This document shows positions 33,773-47,070 of a stretch of 64,000 nucleotides of DNA, piece after piece. Each line of letters opens with the position of its first letter. Position 1 is the stretch's first letter. Source of the DNA: Malacoraja senta (Eukaryota). The DNA lies in contig CM075987.1 in the NCBI GenBank assembly GCA_038087875.1, positions 25,732,001 to 25,796,000 of the forward strand. The letters run 5' to 3'. The notes below the pieces were generated by a model. That model made no database searches, was not told the DNA's origin, and saw only the letters and a list, made by a program, of their open reading frames with translations. A program made the translations under genes and the position numbers.

Positions 33773-34055
33773 TATAGACAATAGACAATAGGTGCAGGAG
33801 CAGGCCATTCGGCCCTTCGAGCCAGCACCGCCATTCAATGTGATCATGGCTGATCATCCCCAATCAGTACCCCGTTCCTGCCTTCTCCCCATATCCCCTG
33901 ACTCCGCTATCTTTAAGAGCCCTATCTAGCTCTCCCTTGAAAGCATCCAGAGAACCGGCCTCCACCACCCTCTGAGGCAGAGAATTCCACAGACTCACAA
34001 CTCTCTGTGAGAAAAAGTGTTTCCTCGTCTCCGTTCTAAATGGCTTACTCCTTAC
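33773..34055 (-). mobile_element. CR1 LINE 3' fragment
   Basis: KPFRTETRKHFFSQRVVSLWNSLP; (atagaca)n tail. Confidence 0.85.
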
Positions 34056-34384
34056 TTTGATTAAGAGCTGCAAATGTATCTTCATTGGGATTTGATGTGT
34101 GGTTGCACCTTGAGTGAATGGACTTAACAGGGGCCTACAGTTACAGAGTGTAGAGGGAGGATCTGCCGATGCTGGCTTAAACCGAAGACAGACACAAAAG
34201 CCTGGAGTAACTCGGCGGGGCCAGGATACATCTCTGGAGAGAAGGAATGGGTGACATTTCGGGTGGAGGCCCTTCTTCAGACTGAGAGTCAGGGGAAAGG
34301 GGAAGGAGAGATATAGACAGTGCTTAAGTTAGGATAAATGAATGGAAGAAATGCAAAAAGCACTCATAATCAAGGAAAGAGGTA

Positions 34385-34765
34385 GGTAGACAAAAATGCT
34401 GGAGAAACTCAGCAGGTGAGGCAGCATCTATGGAGCGAAGGAATAGGTGACATTTTGGGTCGAGACCCTTCTTCAGACTGATGTGGGGGTGGGGGGGGGG
34501 CTGGAAGAAGAAAGGAAGAGGCGGAGACAGTGGGCTGTGGGAGAGCTGGGAAGGGGGAGGGGAAGGAGGGAGAAAGCAAGGATTACCTGAAATTGGAGAA
34601 GTCAATGTTCATACCGCTGGGGTGTAAACTGCCCAAGCGAAATATGAGGTGCTGCTCCTCCAATTTGCGGTGGGACTCCCCTCTGGCCATGGAGGAGGCC
34701 CAGGACAGAAAGGTCGGCTTCGGAGCCACCGGGAGATCAGGTTTGTTATTGCGAACTGAGCGGAT
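34385..34765 (-). mobile_element. Penelope-like 3' fragment
   Basis: HRKLEEQHLIFRLGSLHPSGMNIDFSNF* plus module. Confidence 0.83.
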
Positions 34766-35269
34766 GTAATCTAGGAAATGTCGGGACACACAATGGGCCA
34801 CTGTTGTCACCTATTCCACAGCCACCAATGGCCTGAACAAGGGTCTCGACCAGAAAGGTCACCCACTCCTTTTATCCAGAGATGCTGCCTGCCCCGCTGA
34901 GTTATTCCAGCATTCTTTGTCTCTCTTCGGTTTAAACCAGCCTACAACTGACCATTATTTTGATTTGTGTGAGTTTTGTACAGTTTCTTTTCCACTTGGT
35001 TGGAGTCCTTCATGAGAATATCTGTGCAGTTTCTGCCCAATTTTCATTTGCAAACATTATCCCATTCATCTGTAAAGCCTCCCCCACAATTTGCATCTGA
35101 AAGTCAAATGGAAATCCGATGTGTGAAAATATTCCCAGTGGTTAAAAGATACCTCAGGTTGAAGTTCGGAGACTACACTGATTAGGAAAAAATAAGTGAA
35201 TACATCTAGACGTAAGAATAGAGAAATAGGAACTCAATAACCAGCTGCAATGAGGAGTCTCATGATGTT

Positions 35270-35607
35270 TGGTTTAGTTTCGTTTAGTTTAGAGATACAG
35301 CGTGGAAACAGGCCCTTCGGCCCACCGAGTCTGTGCTGACCAATGATCACCCATACACTAGTTCTATCCTGCACACTAGGGATGATTTACAGAAGCCAAT
35401 TCACACAATGTGCCCTTATTAAGGGCATGTGCGTGGGTAAGGTGTGGATGTGTGTGGAGAGTGGGAGGAAACCGGAGCTCCCGGAGAAAACCCACATGGT
35501 CACAGGGGGAGAACGTGCCAACTCCGTATTGAAAGCACCCGTAGCCAGGATTGAACCCGGGTCTCTGGCACTGTGATGCAGCAACTCTACCGCTGCGCCA
35601 CCGTGCC
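35270..35607 (-). mobile_element. V-SINE (HE1-like)
   Basis: Reverse-strand head, V-domain, (TTTAG)n tail. Confidence 0.85.
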
Positions 35608-36029
35608 TCTCGTGTCATTCTTAATTCTCTTCCATGTTATTTCACACCAGGGACCTCCAGTCCTTGAACCCACCACCACTGAGAACAGCCTCCACTATCC
35701 GTTCAGTTTAGGCCCCGTGATGTTTTAGGCGCTTCTATCGGTTCTCCTCAGCTTCCTCCCTTCAAACGGAAAAGTGTCCCAAGCCTTTCTAATCCATCCT
35801 CGTGACTGCAGTCCCTCATCCCAAAGACCTTTCCTGTAAGTACATCTTGTTCTGTCTCGAACGCTCTCTAGCATTCGCACATAATTCCTACAACGCATTG
35901 ACCCTTTGTCTGCACAGGTACATGGACAGGTAGGTTTAGGATATGGGCCTATATCTATATCTGTATAATATAAATATATATATGTGTGGGTGAATGTGTG
36001 TATATAGTTATGTAGATCAACATACTGTA

Positions 36030-36053
36030 TACACACACACACACACACACACA

Positions 36054-36137
<84 letters not shown>

Positions 36138-36155
36138 CACACACACACATTCACA

Positions 36156-36195
<40 letters not shown>

Positions 36196-36199
36196 CACA

Positions 36200-36268
<69 letters not shown>

Positions 36269-36545
36269 ACACACACACTCACACACACACTCACACACAC
36301 ACACACATATAAATATATACAATATATATACACACACACACATACATATAAGTAAAATTATATATATAATATATAATTATAAAAATATATGTGTGTAAGT
36401 GTGTGTATATATATATCTACATATGTATAGATATATAAATACACACACACACTCACGCAGACGCACACTCGGACGCACATGCTCACACACTCACGCACAC
36501 ACTATCACTCCCACTCCCACACACACACACACACACACACACGCA
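36030..36545. repeat. (CA)n/(TA)n microsatellite complex
   Basis: Direct reading. Confidence 0.97.
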
Positions 36546-37044
36546 TATATACACTATATTTAGGTAGGCAGGTGGCACTAGTGTAGATGGGGCATGTTGG
36601 TCGGTGTGGGCAAGTTGGGCCGAAGGGCCTATTTCCCTGCTAACTGACTCAATGGCCAGAATTAAATGCAAGGCCATTTATTTTGTAATTATTACGGTGA
36701 TTTAGGAAAAGCACAATCTTGACTTGGCCTCCAGCTATGCGTGCGTTGAACACATTTAATTTGAGTATTCCTCTTGGATAGTTAAGTTAAACATCTGCTG
36801 ATATTGGAGTATTGAGGGGGAAACAAAGATGGGCATGAGCATTCACAGCAAGCCAAATCAATCCAATTGGAGTCGACTGCACTGACAGATTGAATTACAG
36901 TCCAATCCAAATAAAAGAGTAAATGACCTTAAGCTTGATGTTCAAACAAAGGGAAATATCTCTGTGTGGTTATAGCTAGCCCATCCCTTGTTCACAATTG
37001 AACAGATTGATGTGAGTTCAAATTTTTATTTTAAATTGGTACAT

Positions 37045-37330
37045 TGCCAAGTTGGTAGAGTTGCTGCCTCACAGCGCCGGAGACCCAGGTTCGATCCTGA
37101 CTACGGGTGCTGTCTGTGCGGAGTTTGTACGTTCTCCCCGTGACCTGCGTGGGTTTTCTCTGATATCTTCCTCCCACACTCCAAAGACGTACAGGTTTGT
37201 AGGTTAATTGGCTTGGTATACATTTAATTGTCTCAAGTGCGTGTAGGACAGTGTTAGCATGCCGGGATCGCTGGTCGGCACGGACTCGATGGGCCAAAGG
37301 GCTTGTTACCGCGCTGTATCTCTGAATTAA
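37045..37330 (+). mobile_element. V-SINE (HE1-like)
   Basis: B box, V-domain and tail. Confidence 0.85.
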
Positions 37331-37840
37331 GGATGTCAACAAAATAGAGAGAGTACAGAGGAGATTTACTAGAACGTTGCCTGGGTTTCAGCAACTAAGT
37401 TACAGAGAAAGTTTGAACAAGTTAGGTCTTTATTCTTTGGAGAGCAGAAGGTTAAGGGGGGACTTGATAGAGGTCTTTAAAATGATGAGAGGGATAGACA
37501 GAGTTGACGTGGATAAGCTTTTCCCACTGAGAGTAGGAAGATTCAAACAAGGGGACATGACTTGAGAATTAAGGGACAGAAGTTTAGGGGTAACATGAGG
37601 GGGAACTTCTTTACTCAGAGAGTGGTGGCTGTGTGGAATGAGCTTCCAGTGAAGGTGGTGGAGGCAGGTTCGTTTTTATCATTTAAAAATAAATTGGATA
37701 GTTATATGGACGGGAAAGGAATGGAGGGTTATGGTCTGAGCGCAGGTATATGGGACTAGGGGAGAATACGTGTTCGGCACGGACTAGAAGGGTCGAGATG
37801 GCCTGTTTCCGTGCTGTAATTGTTATATGGTTATATGGTT
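37331..37840 (+). mobile_element. CR1 LINE 3' fragment (second subfamily, (ATATGGTT)n tail)
   Basis: IERVQRRFTR...FFTQRVVAVWNELP; inserted in the SINE tail with aattaa on both sides. Confidence 0.85.
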
Positions 37841-38511
37841 AATTAAATTAAACTAAAGCAAACAGCAGGCAGTTTAATTGAACATTGAAGGTTATCATGT
37901 TCCTTCTACATTCATTTGTATTTTTTCTCTGAAGATAGACACAAAATGCTGAAGTAACTCAGTTTCAATTTCCTTCAACAAGGAACACCACTGTAAATAG
38001 GCCTGAAGTGTCTGAAAAAAGTGTCTCGGCTAGAAACCTCATCAATCCATACATTCCAGAGATGATACACGGTCCACTGAGTTACTCCAGCTCTTTGTGG
38101 CTATTTTGTTTTGTAAACCAACATCTCATAGAGTCATAGAGTCATACAGTGTTGTAAACAGGCCCTTCGGCCCTACCTGCCCACGCCGACCTGATGTCCC
38201 ATCTACACCAGTCCCACTTTCCTGCGTTTGGCCCATATCCCCCAAAAACCAACCCCTCCATGTACCCATCCAAATGTTTTTTTAACATTGGGATAGTCCC
38301 AGCCTCAACTACATCCTCCAGCAGCTCGTTCCATACACCCACCACCCTTTGTGTGAAAAAGTTAACAATCGGGTTCCTGTTAACCTCTCGCATGTTTTAC
38401 TAAACCTAGAATGCTACACTTTTGGGTCAATGGCAGATTTGAAATAGCACAGGAAATAATTTTGGACAAATATATCAATTAGTTATCAAGGTATTGTTCT
38501 AGTGTTCACCT

Positions 38512-38931
38512 ACGGGCGGCGGCACTGAACTTTACATCGGGAGCCTGGATCTCTCGCCGAGATCGCCAGTGTGTGGAGCTCCGTCCAGCGCAGCCTGTTG
38601 GCTTGTAAGCCGCGGTCTCTGGTAAGGAGGCGGCCGTTCCTGGCATCCGAAGCCGCTGAGAGGGTTCTCCCGACGCCGGGGCACCATCACCCGGCGAGAA
38701 CGGCCTGGAACATCGGGCCTCCGTAGCGGCGATTGCGGAGGCCTCAATAGGCCCGACCATGGGTGGACAAGAGGATGGGGACTGGACGTTGTGCCTTCCC
38801 TCACAGTGGGAACCATTGTGGGGGGATGTTTTTATGTTTTTATGTTAAACTTCTTCTTTAATGCTATGTTGTATTTTTATTAGTGTGCTGCAAGGACATC
38901 TGAATTTCCCCTGAAAAGGGGATTAATAAAG

Positions 38932-38990
<59 letters not shown>
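38512..38990 (+). mobile_element. GC-rich non-autonomous element with Rex1/Babar-type 3' end and (ATT)n tail
   Basis: aatttcccctgaaaaggggattaataaagt resembles the tail of the Rex1 fragment at about 18090-18120. Confidence 0.55.
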
Positions 38991-38993
<3 letters not shown>

Positions 38994-39302
38994 TGAAATT
39001 GCTCCTTAAGTTCAAGTCAAGAGAGTATTGTCATGTGTCCCAGATAGGACAATGACATTCTTACTTGCTGCAGCACAACAGAGTATTGTAGGCATGAATA
39101 CAGATCAGATCAGTGTGTCCATATACCATAGAATATATATATATACACACATAAATAAACAGATAATGTGCAATAGGCTGCTATAGTTCAGAGCCTATTG
39201 CAGAGCCTATAGTTCAGAGACTATTCCTATTAAATATTTCCCCCCTCACATGTTTTACTAATCTAAAATGTTTTACTAACCTAACCTTTTAAAAGACTTT
39301 TG

Positions 39303-39474
39303 CCTCCATCACAGTGAGGAGGTGCCTGGTGAACTCACTGTGGTGGATGTTAATTTGTGTTTATTGTGTGTTTTGTTATTTATTATTATATGTATGACTG
39401 CAGGCAACGAAATTTCGTTCAGACCGAAAGGTCTGAATGACAAATAAAGGAATCTCTAATCTCTAATCTCTAAT
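39303..39474 (+). mobile_element. Short retroposon 3' end with stem-loops and (AATCTCT)n tail
   Basis: cttttg on both flanks; hairpin ttcagacc-gaaa-ggtctgaa just before aataaa. Confidence 0.6.
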
Positions 39475-40130
39475 CTTTTGAGTCAATAGGTTATTTAAAA
39501 TAGCACAGGAATATAATTTTGGACACATATATTCATTAGTTATCAAGGTATTGTTGTAGTATTCTCCTATTTGGTTCCTAATAGGTTCCTATTAAATCTT
39601 TCCCCCCCCTCCCCTTAAACCTGATTCTTGAACCCAGTTCCTTGTTTCTACCGTAAATGTATTATTCGTGGTGTTGACAAGTGTGTCGGTGGAGGGGAAC
39701 GGATTAGGCCTCAGTAAAGAGAAGAAGCAGAGCTTGTAGCTTTTGGCTTCCGTCAGAAGCAGTCCAACCAGCCAGTTAAACGATGACAAAGAGTACAAAC
39801 TGCAGTGTGTCAAGATTATCCATTATCCCCCTCCCTAGAGCCACTACAGATCACCATTTAATGCTGATCTTGCCAGTAAATCTCACACCCTGGGGATAAT
39901 TTGAAAACATCCATAATAGCATTTCACCATTTAGCTTGTTCTTAACCAACCATTGATAAACTGACATACGATGAAAGAATGGGTCGACTGGGCTTGTATT
40001 CACTGGTATTTAAAAGGATGAGAGGGGATCGTATAGAAACATACAAAATTCTTATGGGATTGGACAGGCTAGATGTTGGGGGGGGGGGGGATCCAGAACC
40101 AGGGGTCACACCGTTTAAGAATAAGGGGTA

Positions 40131-40969
40131 AATAAACTGAATCTATCTCAAAAATTATTTTTTAATTATGGTTTAATAATAGCTAAAAAAATTAATATTG
40201 AAATTTTGGAAAAATACACCAATACCAACGCTTAAAATGTGGATTGCAAGTATGTTGGACACCGCACATCTTGAGGAAATGCGATTCCGCCTAATAGACA
40301 AATTTGACCAATTCACAACGAGTTGGTCTCCGTGTACAAGATGGCGGTCGGAGGGGAGAGTGGACGCTGGCGCGAATTGGTCGCCGCTGCTCTCTCCTCA
40401 AATTGTGTTTCTTATTTTCTTTTGGTGCTCTTGAAATTGAATTCTGTCCTTGATTTGTGTACTGTGGTGTTTTTATATTTAATTTATTCCGATTATGGGT
40501 TTTGTATTTTTTTTTTTGTTGTGATTCTATGCATTGTAAGGTGTCCTTGGGTTTTAGAAAGGCGCCAGTAAATAAAATGATTATTATTATTATTATTATT
40601 ATTTGTCGTCTTTTTGGAATCATATGGTGCAACACAATTGTAAAAGTTAACTCGTGACTGGGCGAGGGATGGTCAAGATTATAAATACGATCTCCTTACT
40701 TCTTTTTTTTTCTTTTTCTTTCTTTTTCTTCTTTTATTTTATTTTTTCTATTTTCTATTTCTTAATTTTCTTCTTTCACTCTCTATTTTTCTTTTTCACA
40801 CACTATATATCTCACATTTTTCTATTTTTCATTATCTAACTTCTTTTTCTTTTTCTCCTTTATTATAAAAATAAGAAGCTGTACATAATATGCATTATGA
40901 AAATATGATTGTATACAATTGTACTTACTTCTAATAAAAAAATAAAAAAATAAAAAAATAATAAATAAA
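40131..40969 (+). mobile_element. L1-clade LINE 3' fragment with poly(A)
   Basis: 14-bp TSD aagaataaggggta (40117-40130, 40970-40983) at a TT/AAGA site; AKKLILKFWK...W...M...E...F...WSP C-terminus; T-rich UTR. Confidence 0.85.
40332..40601 (+). mobile_element. Short element with L2-type 3' tail inserted in the L1
   Basis: 5' aagatggcgg; 3' tgtaaggtgtccttggg...aaaggcgcc...aataaaatg(att)n; L1 frame resumes afterwards (WSP|FVVFL). Confidence 0.65.
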
Positions 40970-41434
40970 AAGAATAAGGGGTAGGCCATTTAGGACTGAG
41001 ATAAGGAGAAACTTTTTCTGTGGAGTTCTCTGCCACAGAAGGCAGTGGAGGCCAATTCACCGGATGTTTTCAAGAGAGAGTTAGATACAGCTTTTAGTGC
41101 TAGCAGAATCAAGGAGAGAGCAGGAACGGGGTACTGATTGTGGATGATCAGCCATGATCATAATGAATGGCGATGCTGGCTTGAAGGGCCGAATGTACTA
41201 CTCCTGCACCTATTGTCTGTTTCTATGGTTCTATTTAGCAAGCATAACGACAATCTGACAAAGAAAAAAACAACAAAGATGAATTTATACTGAGAACAAA
41301 ACACCAGTAAATGCTAGAAATCCCAAATAAAATGAGATCATGCTGGAAGCACTCAGCAGGTCAGGAAACATCTTTAGTTTATTGTCACGTGGAGCGAGGT
41401 ACATTGAAAAGCTTTTGTTGCGTGCTAACCATGT

Positions 41435-42263
41435 GGAATTAAATTGATTGGATATGATTTGGAAGGGCACACACCTGTCTAATATAGGGTTGCACAGTTG
41501 ACAGTGCATGTCAGAGCAAATACCAAGTCATGAGGATGAAGGATTTGTCCGTAGACCTCCGAGACAGGATTGTGTCCAGCCACATATCTGGGGAAGGGCA
41601 TCAAACAATTTCTGCAGCATTGCTGGTCCCGAAGAGTACAGCGGCCTCCGTCATTCTTAAATGGAAGAACTTTGGAACTGCCTGGGCTCTTCACAGAGCT
41701 GGCCGCCCAGCCAAACTGAGCAATTGGGGGAGAAGGGCCTTGGTCAGGGAGGTGACCAAGAACCCGATGGTCATTCTGACAGAGCTCCAGAGTTCTTCTG
41801 TGGAGATTTGAGACCCTTCCAGAAGGACAACTATATCTGCAGCACTCCACCAATCAGGCCTTTATGGCCAGACGGAAGCCACTCCTCAGTAAAAGGCACA
41901 TGACAGCCCGCTTGGAGTTTGCCAAAAGGCAACTAAAGGACTCTCAGACCATGAGAAACAAGATTCCCTGGTCTGATGAAACCAAGATTGAACTCTTTGG
42001 CCTGAATGCCAAGCGTCATGTCTGGAGGAAACCTCAACAAAGTACTGAGTAAAGTGTCTGAATATTTATGTAAATGTGATATTTCAGTTATTTCTTTTAA
42101 AATACTTTGCAAACATTTCTAAACACCTGTTTTTGCTTTTTTATTATGGGGTATTGTGTGTAGATTGATGATTAAAAAAAATCAATTTAATCCATTTCAG
42201 AATAAGGCTGTAACGTGACAAAATGTGGAAAATGTGAAGGGGTCTGAATACTTTCTGAATGCA

Positions 42264-42266
<3 letters not shown>
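41435..42266 (+). mobile_element. Tc1-family DNA transposon, internally deleted, right TIR intact
   Basis: LSVDLRDRIV...GRPAKLS...ARRKPLLSKRH...WSDETKIELFG; ends gaatgcactg|TA, followed by (TA)n. Confidence 0.92.
41530..42035 (+). pseudogene. Tc1 transposase N-terminal half (paired-like HTH to first catalytic D), frameshifted
   Basis: ORFs 41530..41811 and 41864..42052. Confidence 0.88.
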
Positions 42267-42299
<33 letters not shown>

Positions 42300-42483
42300 T
42301 TACTAGAGAGATTTAGCTCTTAGGGCTAAAGAAATCAAAGGATAAGGAGAGAAAGCTGGAACGGGCTACTGATTTTGGATGATCAGCCATGATCATATTG
42401 AATGGCGATGCTGACTCGATGGGGCCAAATGGCCTACTCCTGCACCTATTTTTCTATGTTTCTATGTTTAAACACATACACAA

Positions 42484-42514
<31 letters not shown>

Positions 42515-42858
42515 GAACTGCAGATGCTACGTATATATATATTCATAATGTTTCTCTTGTTTATTGTCTTGTTTACAGTACACAATATTCACATATTCTG
42601 TTGTGCGGCTGTAAGTAAGAATGTCATTGTTCTATCTGGGACACATGACAATAAAACACTCTTGACCCTCGACTGTACAGGGAGATAAGAGTATTTCATC
42701 TTCCAATAATCAATTATTTGAAAAGTACATCCATGCAAGTGACCCTTCCATTCACCTGGTAATAGTCCTGAGTCAGAAGTTTCTTGCTACAATGTCACCA
42801 GCAGTGTTTTCACTATTTGCCATTTCATAAAGTTGCGGAATGTTAGACGTCTCTCTCA

Positions 42859-43204
42859 AGGGCCTGTCCCACTTACACAACTTTTTCGGTGACTTGCCGG
42901 CACCCGTCATAGGTCATTGCAGGTCGGCGAAAATTTTCCACATGTTGAAAATCCAGCGGCGACCAGAAAGACGCTACGACTCTTTGGGCGACTGAGGTGA
43001 CGACTCACGACCGTACAGGTGACACCCTGGCGACATGTCGCGGGGTGAATGAAGCCTGTATGGTCGTGAGTAGTCGCCCAAAGTGTCGTACCTTGTTCTG
43101 GTCGCTGCTGGATTTTCAACATGTTTAAAATTTTCGGCGACCTGTAACGACCTATGACGGGTGCTGGCAGTCGCCGAAAAAGTCACGTAAGTGGGACAGG
43201 CCCA
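42859..43204. mobile_element. PIF/Harbinger-type MITE, family A
   Basis: agggcctgtcccactta...taagtgggacaggccca; TCA/TTA flanks. Confidence 0.85.
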
Positions 43205-43207
43205 TTA

Positions 43208-43646
43208 AGGGGCTGTCCCACTTGGGCGACCTAATTGGCAAGTTTAGAAGAGTTTCCTTCGACCTCCTTCGACCTCCTTCGACCTCCTTCGACCTCCTTC
43301 GACCTCCTTCGACCTCCCTTTGACTATGATGAAGACTACCTACGACTACCTTCGACTACCCTCGATTACCTACGACTATACATGCCGACCTACTACGACT
43401 AAACCTACGAGTAAGAAAAGTATCGATCTTTACCGCGGCGACCTTTTTTTACTAGTGGGCATTTTTTAACACATTGAAAAAAACGCCGCGACCTAGCTGA
43501 GGCCTCGAGTACGCGGAGACCACTCTCGAGCATGAAGGAGAGTTACGAAGACCTCCTACGACCTCGTGTCGACCATGCTGCGAGTATGAGTCGAGGGCAA
43601 ACTCGCCAGAACTCGCGGATTAGGTCGCACAAGTGGGACAGGCCCT
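43208..43646. mobile_element. PIF/Harbinger-type MITE, family B, abutting family A
   Basis: TTA-aggggctgtcccactt...aagtgggacaggccct-TTA; internal (ccttcgacct)n. Confidence 0.85.
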
Positions 43647-43889
43647 TTAGATTCCCTCTTACCTTCATTGTTTAGTGAAAAAAAATGTTTGAAGTGTTTC
43701 TTTACAATGTATTCTTTCATTCCTGGCATAATTTTAATGAATCGTCAATATGCTTGTTGCTTGACTCCGAAAAACATTTTCGAAAGGTCAATGCCTTGGA
43801 GCTCAGATGGACACGTATTAATGTGGTTGAAAGTAGTTCTGACCTCGTGGCTGTTGTTTTATCGGGAATATTTAAGTTACAAGCATGAA

Positions 43890-44190
43890 CTTTTAGTTTA
43901 GTTTAGTTTGGAGATACAGTGCAGAAACAGGCCCTTTTGCCCACAGAGTCCACGATGACCAGCGATCCCCACACACTCGCAATATTCTACACACACTAGG
44001 ATCAATTTCTAATCTTTACCAGAGCCAATTAATCTATAAACCTGTACGTCTATGGAGTTTGAGAGGAAACTGGAGCACCCGGGAAAAACCCACGTGGTCA
44101 CAGGAAGAACGTACAAACTCCGTACAGACCACATGCAGTCAGGTTCGAAACTGGGTTTCTGGTGGTGTGAGGCAGCAACTCTACCACAGC
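43890..44190 (-). mobile_element. V-SINE (HE1-like), diverged
   Basis: Reverse-strand V-domain and tail. Confidence 0.8.
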
Positions 44191-46678
44191 GACCCTTAAT
44201 GTCGGAAGCATTGATGGGGGATATTGACCCAAAAGATACTTATACTTTTATAATATCTAATAACAAAATCCAGTAATCCAGATGGCCAGTAATGTTTAAA
44301 AAAGAATCGCAGACACTGGTAAAATCGAAGGTAGACACAAAATGCTGTAGAAGGGTCTGAAGAAGGGTCTCGACCCGAAATGCCGCCAATTCCTTCTCTC
44401 CATAGATGCTGTCTGACCCGCTGAGTTACTCCAGCATGTTGTGTCTACCTTGGCTAGTAATCTTATTCAAGTTGACTATTTTTTTTATTTAGGAAGGAAC
44501 TACAGATGTCGGTTTAAACCGAAGATAGCGCAAAATGCTGGAGTAACTCAGCGGGTCAGGCAGCATCTCTGGGGAAAAGAAGCAGGCGATGTTGCAGGTC
44601 AAGACCCTTCTTCAAACCCTTCAGGCATGGTAGCCCCGGCATTCCCTCTCTCTCTATCCCTCCCCACCCAAGTCGCACCAGCTTCTCATTTTCATCCAAC
44701 AAACAGCTTTCAACAATTTTCATTTTCATCCAACAACAGCCTGTTTCCTTTATGCTTGTTAATTTTTTGCATATCTTTCATTCATTGTTCTTTATCTCTC
44801 TACATCATCGTCTATATCATCCTTACCCCCTAACCAGTCTGACGAAGGGTCTCGATCCGTAACACCACCCTTTCCTTGAAACGATAAATAAAGTTCTGAA
44901 GCATTTCCACATCAGAGGGTGGTGAATCTGTGGAATTCTTTGCCACGGAAGGCTGTGGAGGCCCTCAGTGGATATTTTTAAGGCGCAGCTCGTTGGATTC
45001 TTGATCAGTACGGGTGTCAGGGGTTATGGGGAGAAGGCAGGAGCATGGGACTAGGGGGAAGTATTTTTTTTTTTTTTTTTAATTTAAAAAAAATGTTCGG
45101 CACGGACTTGAAGGGCCGAGATGGCCTGTTTCCGTGCTGTAATGGTTATATGGTTATATGGTTATATGGGGTCTGGAGGGAGAGATAGATCAGCCACAAC
45201 GAAGGGTCTTGACCCAAAACGTCACCCATTCCTTCTCTCCAGAGATGCCGCCTGTCCTGCTGAGTTACTCCAGCTTTATCTATCTTCAGTTTAAACCAAC
45301 ATCTGCTGTTCCTTCCTACACATGTATTTCTCATTGTCTCTTTCATTCTAGGCATGACGTTACGTTACCACGTTACAGACAGACAGGTCCACAAGGTAAA
45401 TTCTTGATTTACTTTAACAAAACTCTTCATAGAAATTCAGATCAGTTTAGTTTATTGTCACTTGTATCGAGGTACAGAGAAAACCTTTTGTTGCGTGCTA
45501 TCCAGTCAGCGGAAAGACAATACATGATTACAATTGAGACAATTACACTGTACAGAGAACTGTACACTGTACACTGTTCGCTCCATAGATGCTGCTGCAC
45601 CCGCTGAGTTTCTCCAGCACTTTTGTCTACCTTCGATTTTCCAGCATCTGCAGTTCCTTCTTATACACTGTACAGATACACGGTAAGGGAATAACATTTA
45701 GTGCAAGGTAACGCCAGCTGCTCTCTGGTTGTGTTTCACTTGTGTACACATGACAATAAACTAAACTCAAACTCAATCCCATGTACACTGCAATGTATAC
45801 TGTTTGCAGGCTGCCAGCCTCAGTCTGCTTGATCTCTCCTCTCCAGCGTGTGTTCTGACCTGGTCAGTGTTTCTCTCTGCTCAGCAGTACACACCGGGTC
45901 ACAGCCAATTTGTTCCGACAATGTTGGTAGATCTCAGAAGACATCAGTTTGCCATCCATCATCACACAAACTTGAACTGCAACTGACCTGCTCCATTTCC
46001 CATCCATTATCTCCCCGCGACTGAAGCCAGAGCTCATGTAAGGTGAAATTGCTCCATAAGTCAGCAAGACGCACAAAGTCATAGAAAAGTTGTTCCTCCT
46101 GATCTGACTCAAATGAAATCTTATACCCCGGTCACAATTTCATGACAGTTCATAAATATACCTAGGAAGTTTCTGGGCAATGCATTTAAGATGGTGTGGT
46201 GTCTTTCAATTCGTGGTAAGTTTAGTTTAGTTTCGGAAAGAACTGCGCATGCTGCTTTAAATCGAAGGTAGACACAAAATGCTGGAGTAACTCAGCGGGA
46301 CAGACAGCACCTCTGGAGCGATGCTGCCTGTCCCACTGAGTTACTCCAGAATTGTGTGTCTAGTTTAGCTTAGAGATACAGCACAGAAACAGGCCCTTCT
46401 GCCCACTGAGTTCGCGCCGACCAGCGATCCCCGCACATTAACACTACCTGACATAAACTAGGGACAATTTTACATTCATACCAAGCCAATTAACCCACAA
46501 ACATGTACGTCGTTGGAGTGATAAGGAATATCGTTTGGTGCAGGGTAAAGTCCGATCAAAGTCCATAGAAGTTCAGGACCGCTCTCTGGTTGCGATAGAT
46601 TGGTTCAGTTGCCTGATAACATCTGGGAGGAAATTGTCCCTGAGCTTCGCTCGGTCACCTGAGCATAATTTCTTGTTT

Positions 46679-46709
<31 letters not shown>

Positions 46710-47070
46710 GTTTAGAGATACAGCATGGAAACAGCCCCATCTGCTCATCGTGTCTGATACACCAAAGACTATTTAAAAATGTCACCAAAGTCAATTAACC
46801 TGCATACCTATACATCTTTGGAGTGTGGGAGGAAATTCTCCAGAGGCAGACACAAAAAGCTGGAGAAACCTAGCCGGTCAGGCAGCATCTCTGGAGAATA
46901 GCACAAAGCGACGTTTCAAGTCAAAACCCTTCTTCAGTCTGAAAGTGAAGGGCCAGGGGAACAAGAGATATAAAGGGTACTAAGGATGGGAAATCCTACA
47001 TGCACCCAGACAGGAAAGGGCATTTTGTGCACATTTGGCGACCCAATCTGCCCTTTCCATCGTTCCACAA

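Larger units (their letters stand above)
39962..41235 (+). mobile_element. CR1 LINE 3' fragment, split by an L1
   Basis: YDERMGRLGLYSL...; resumes after the L1 TSD and ends in the CR1 3' UTR. Confidence 0.8.
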
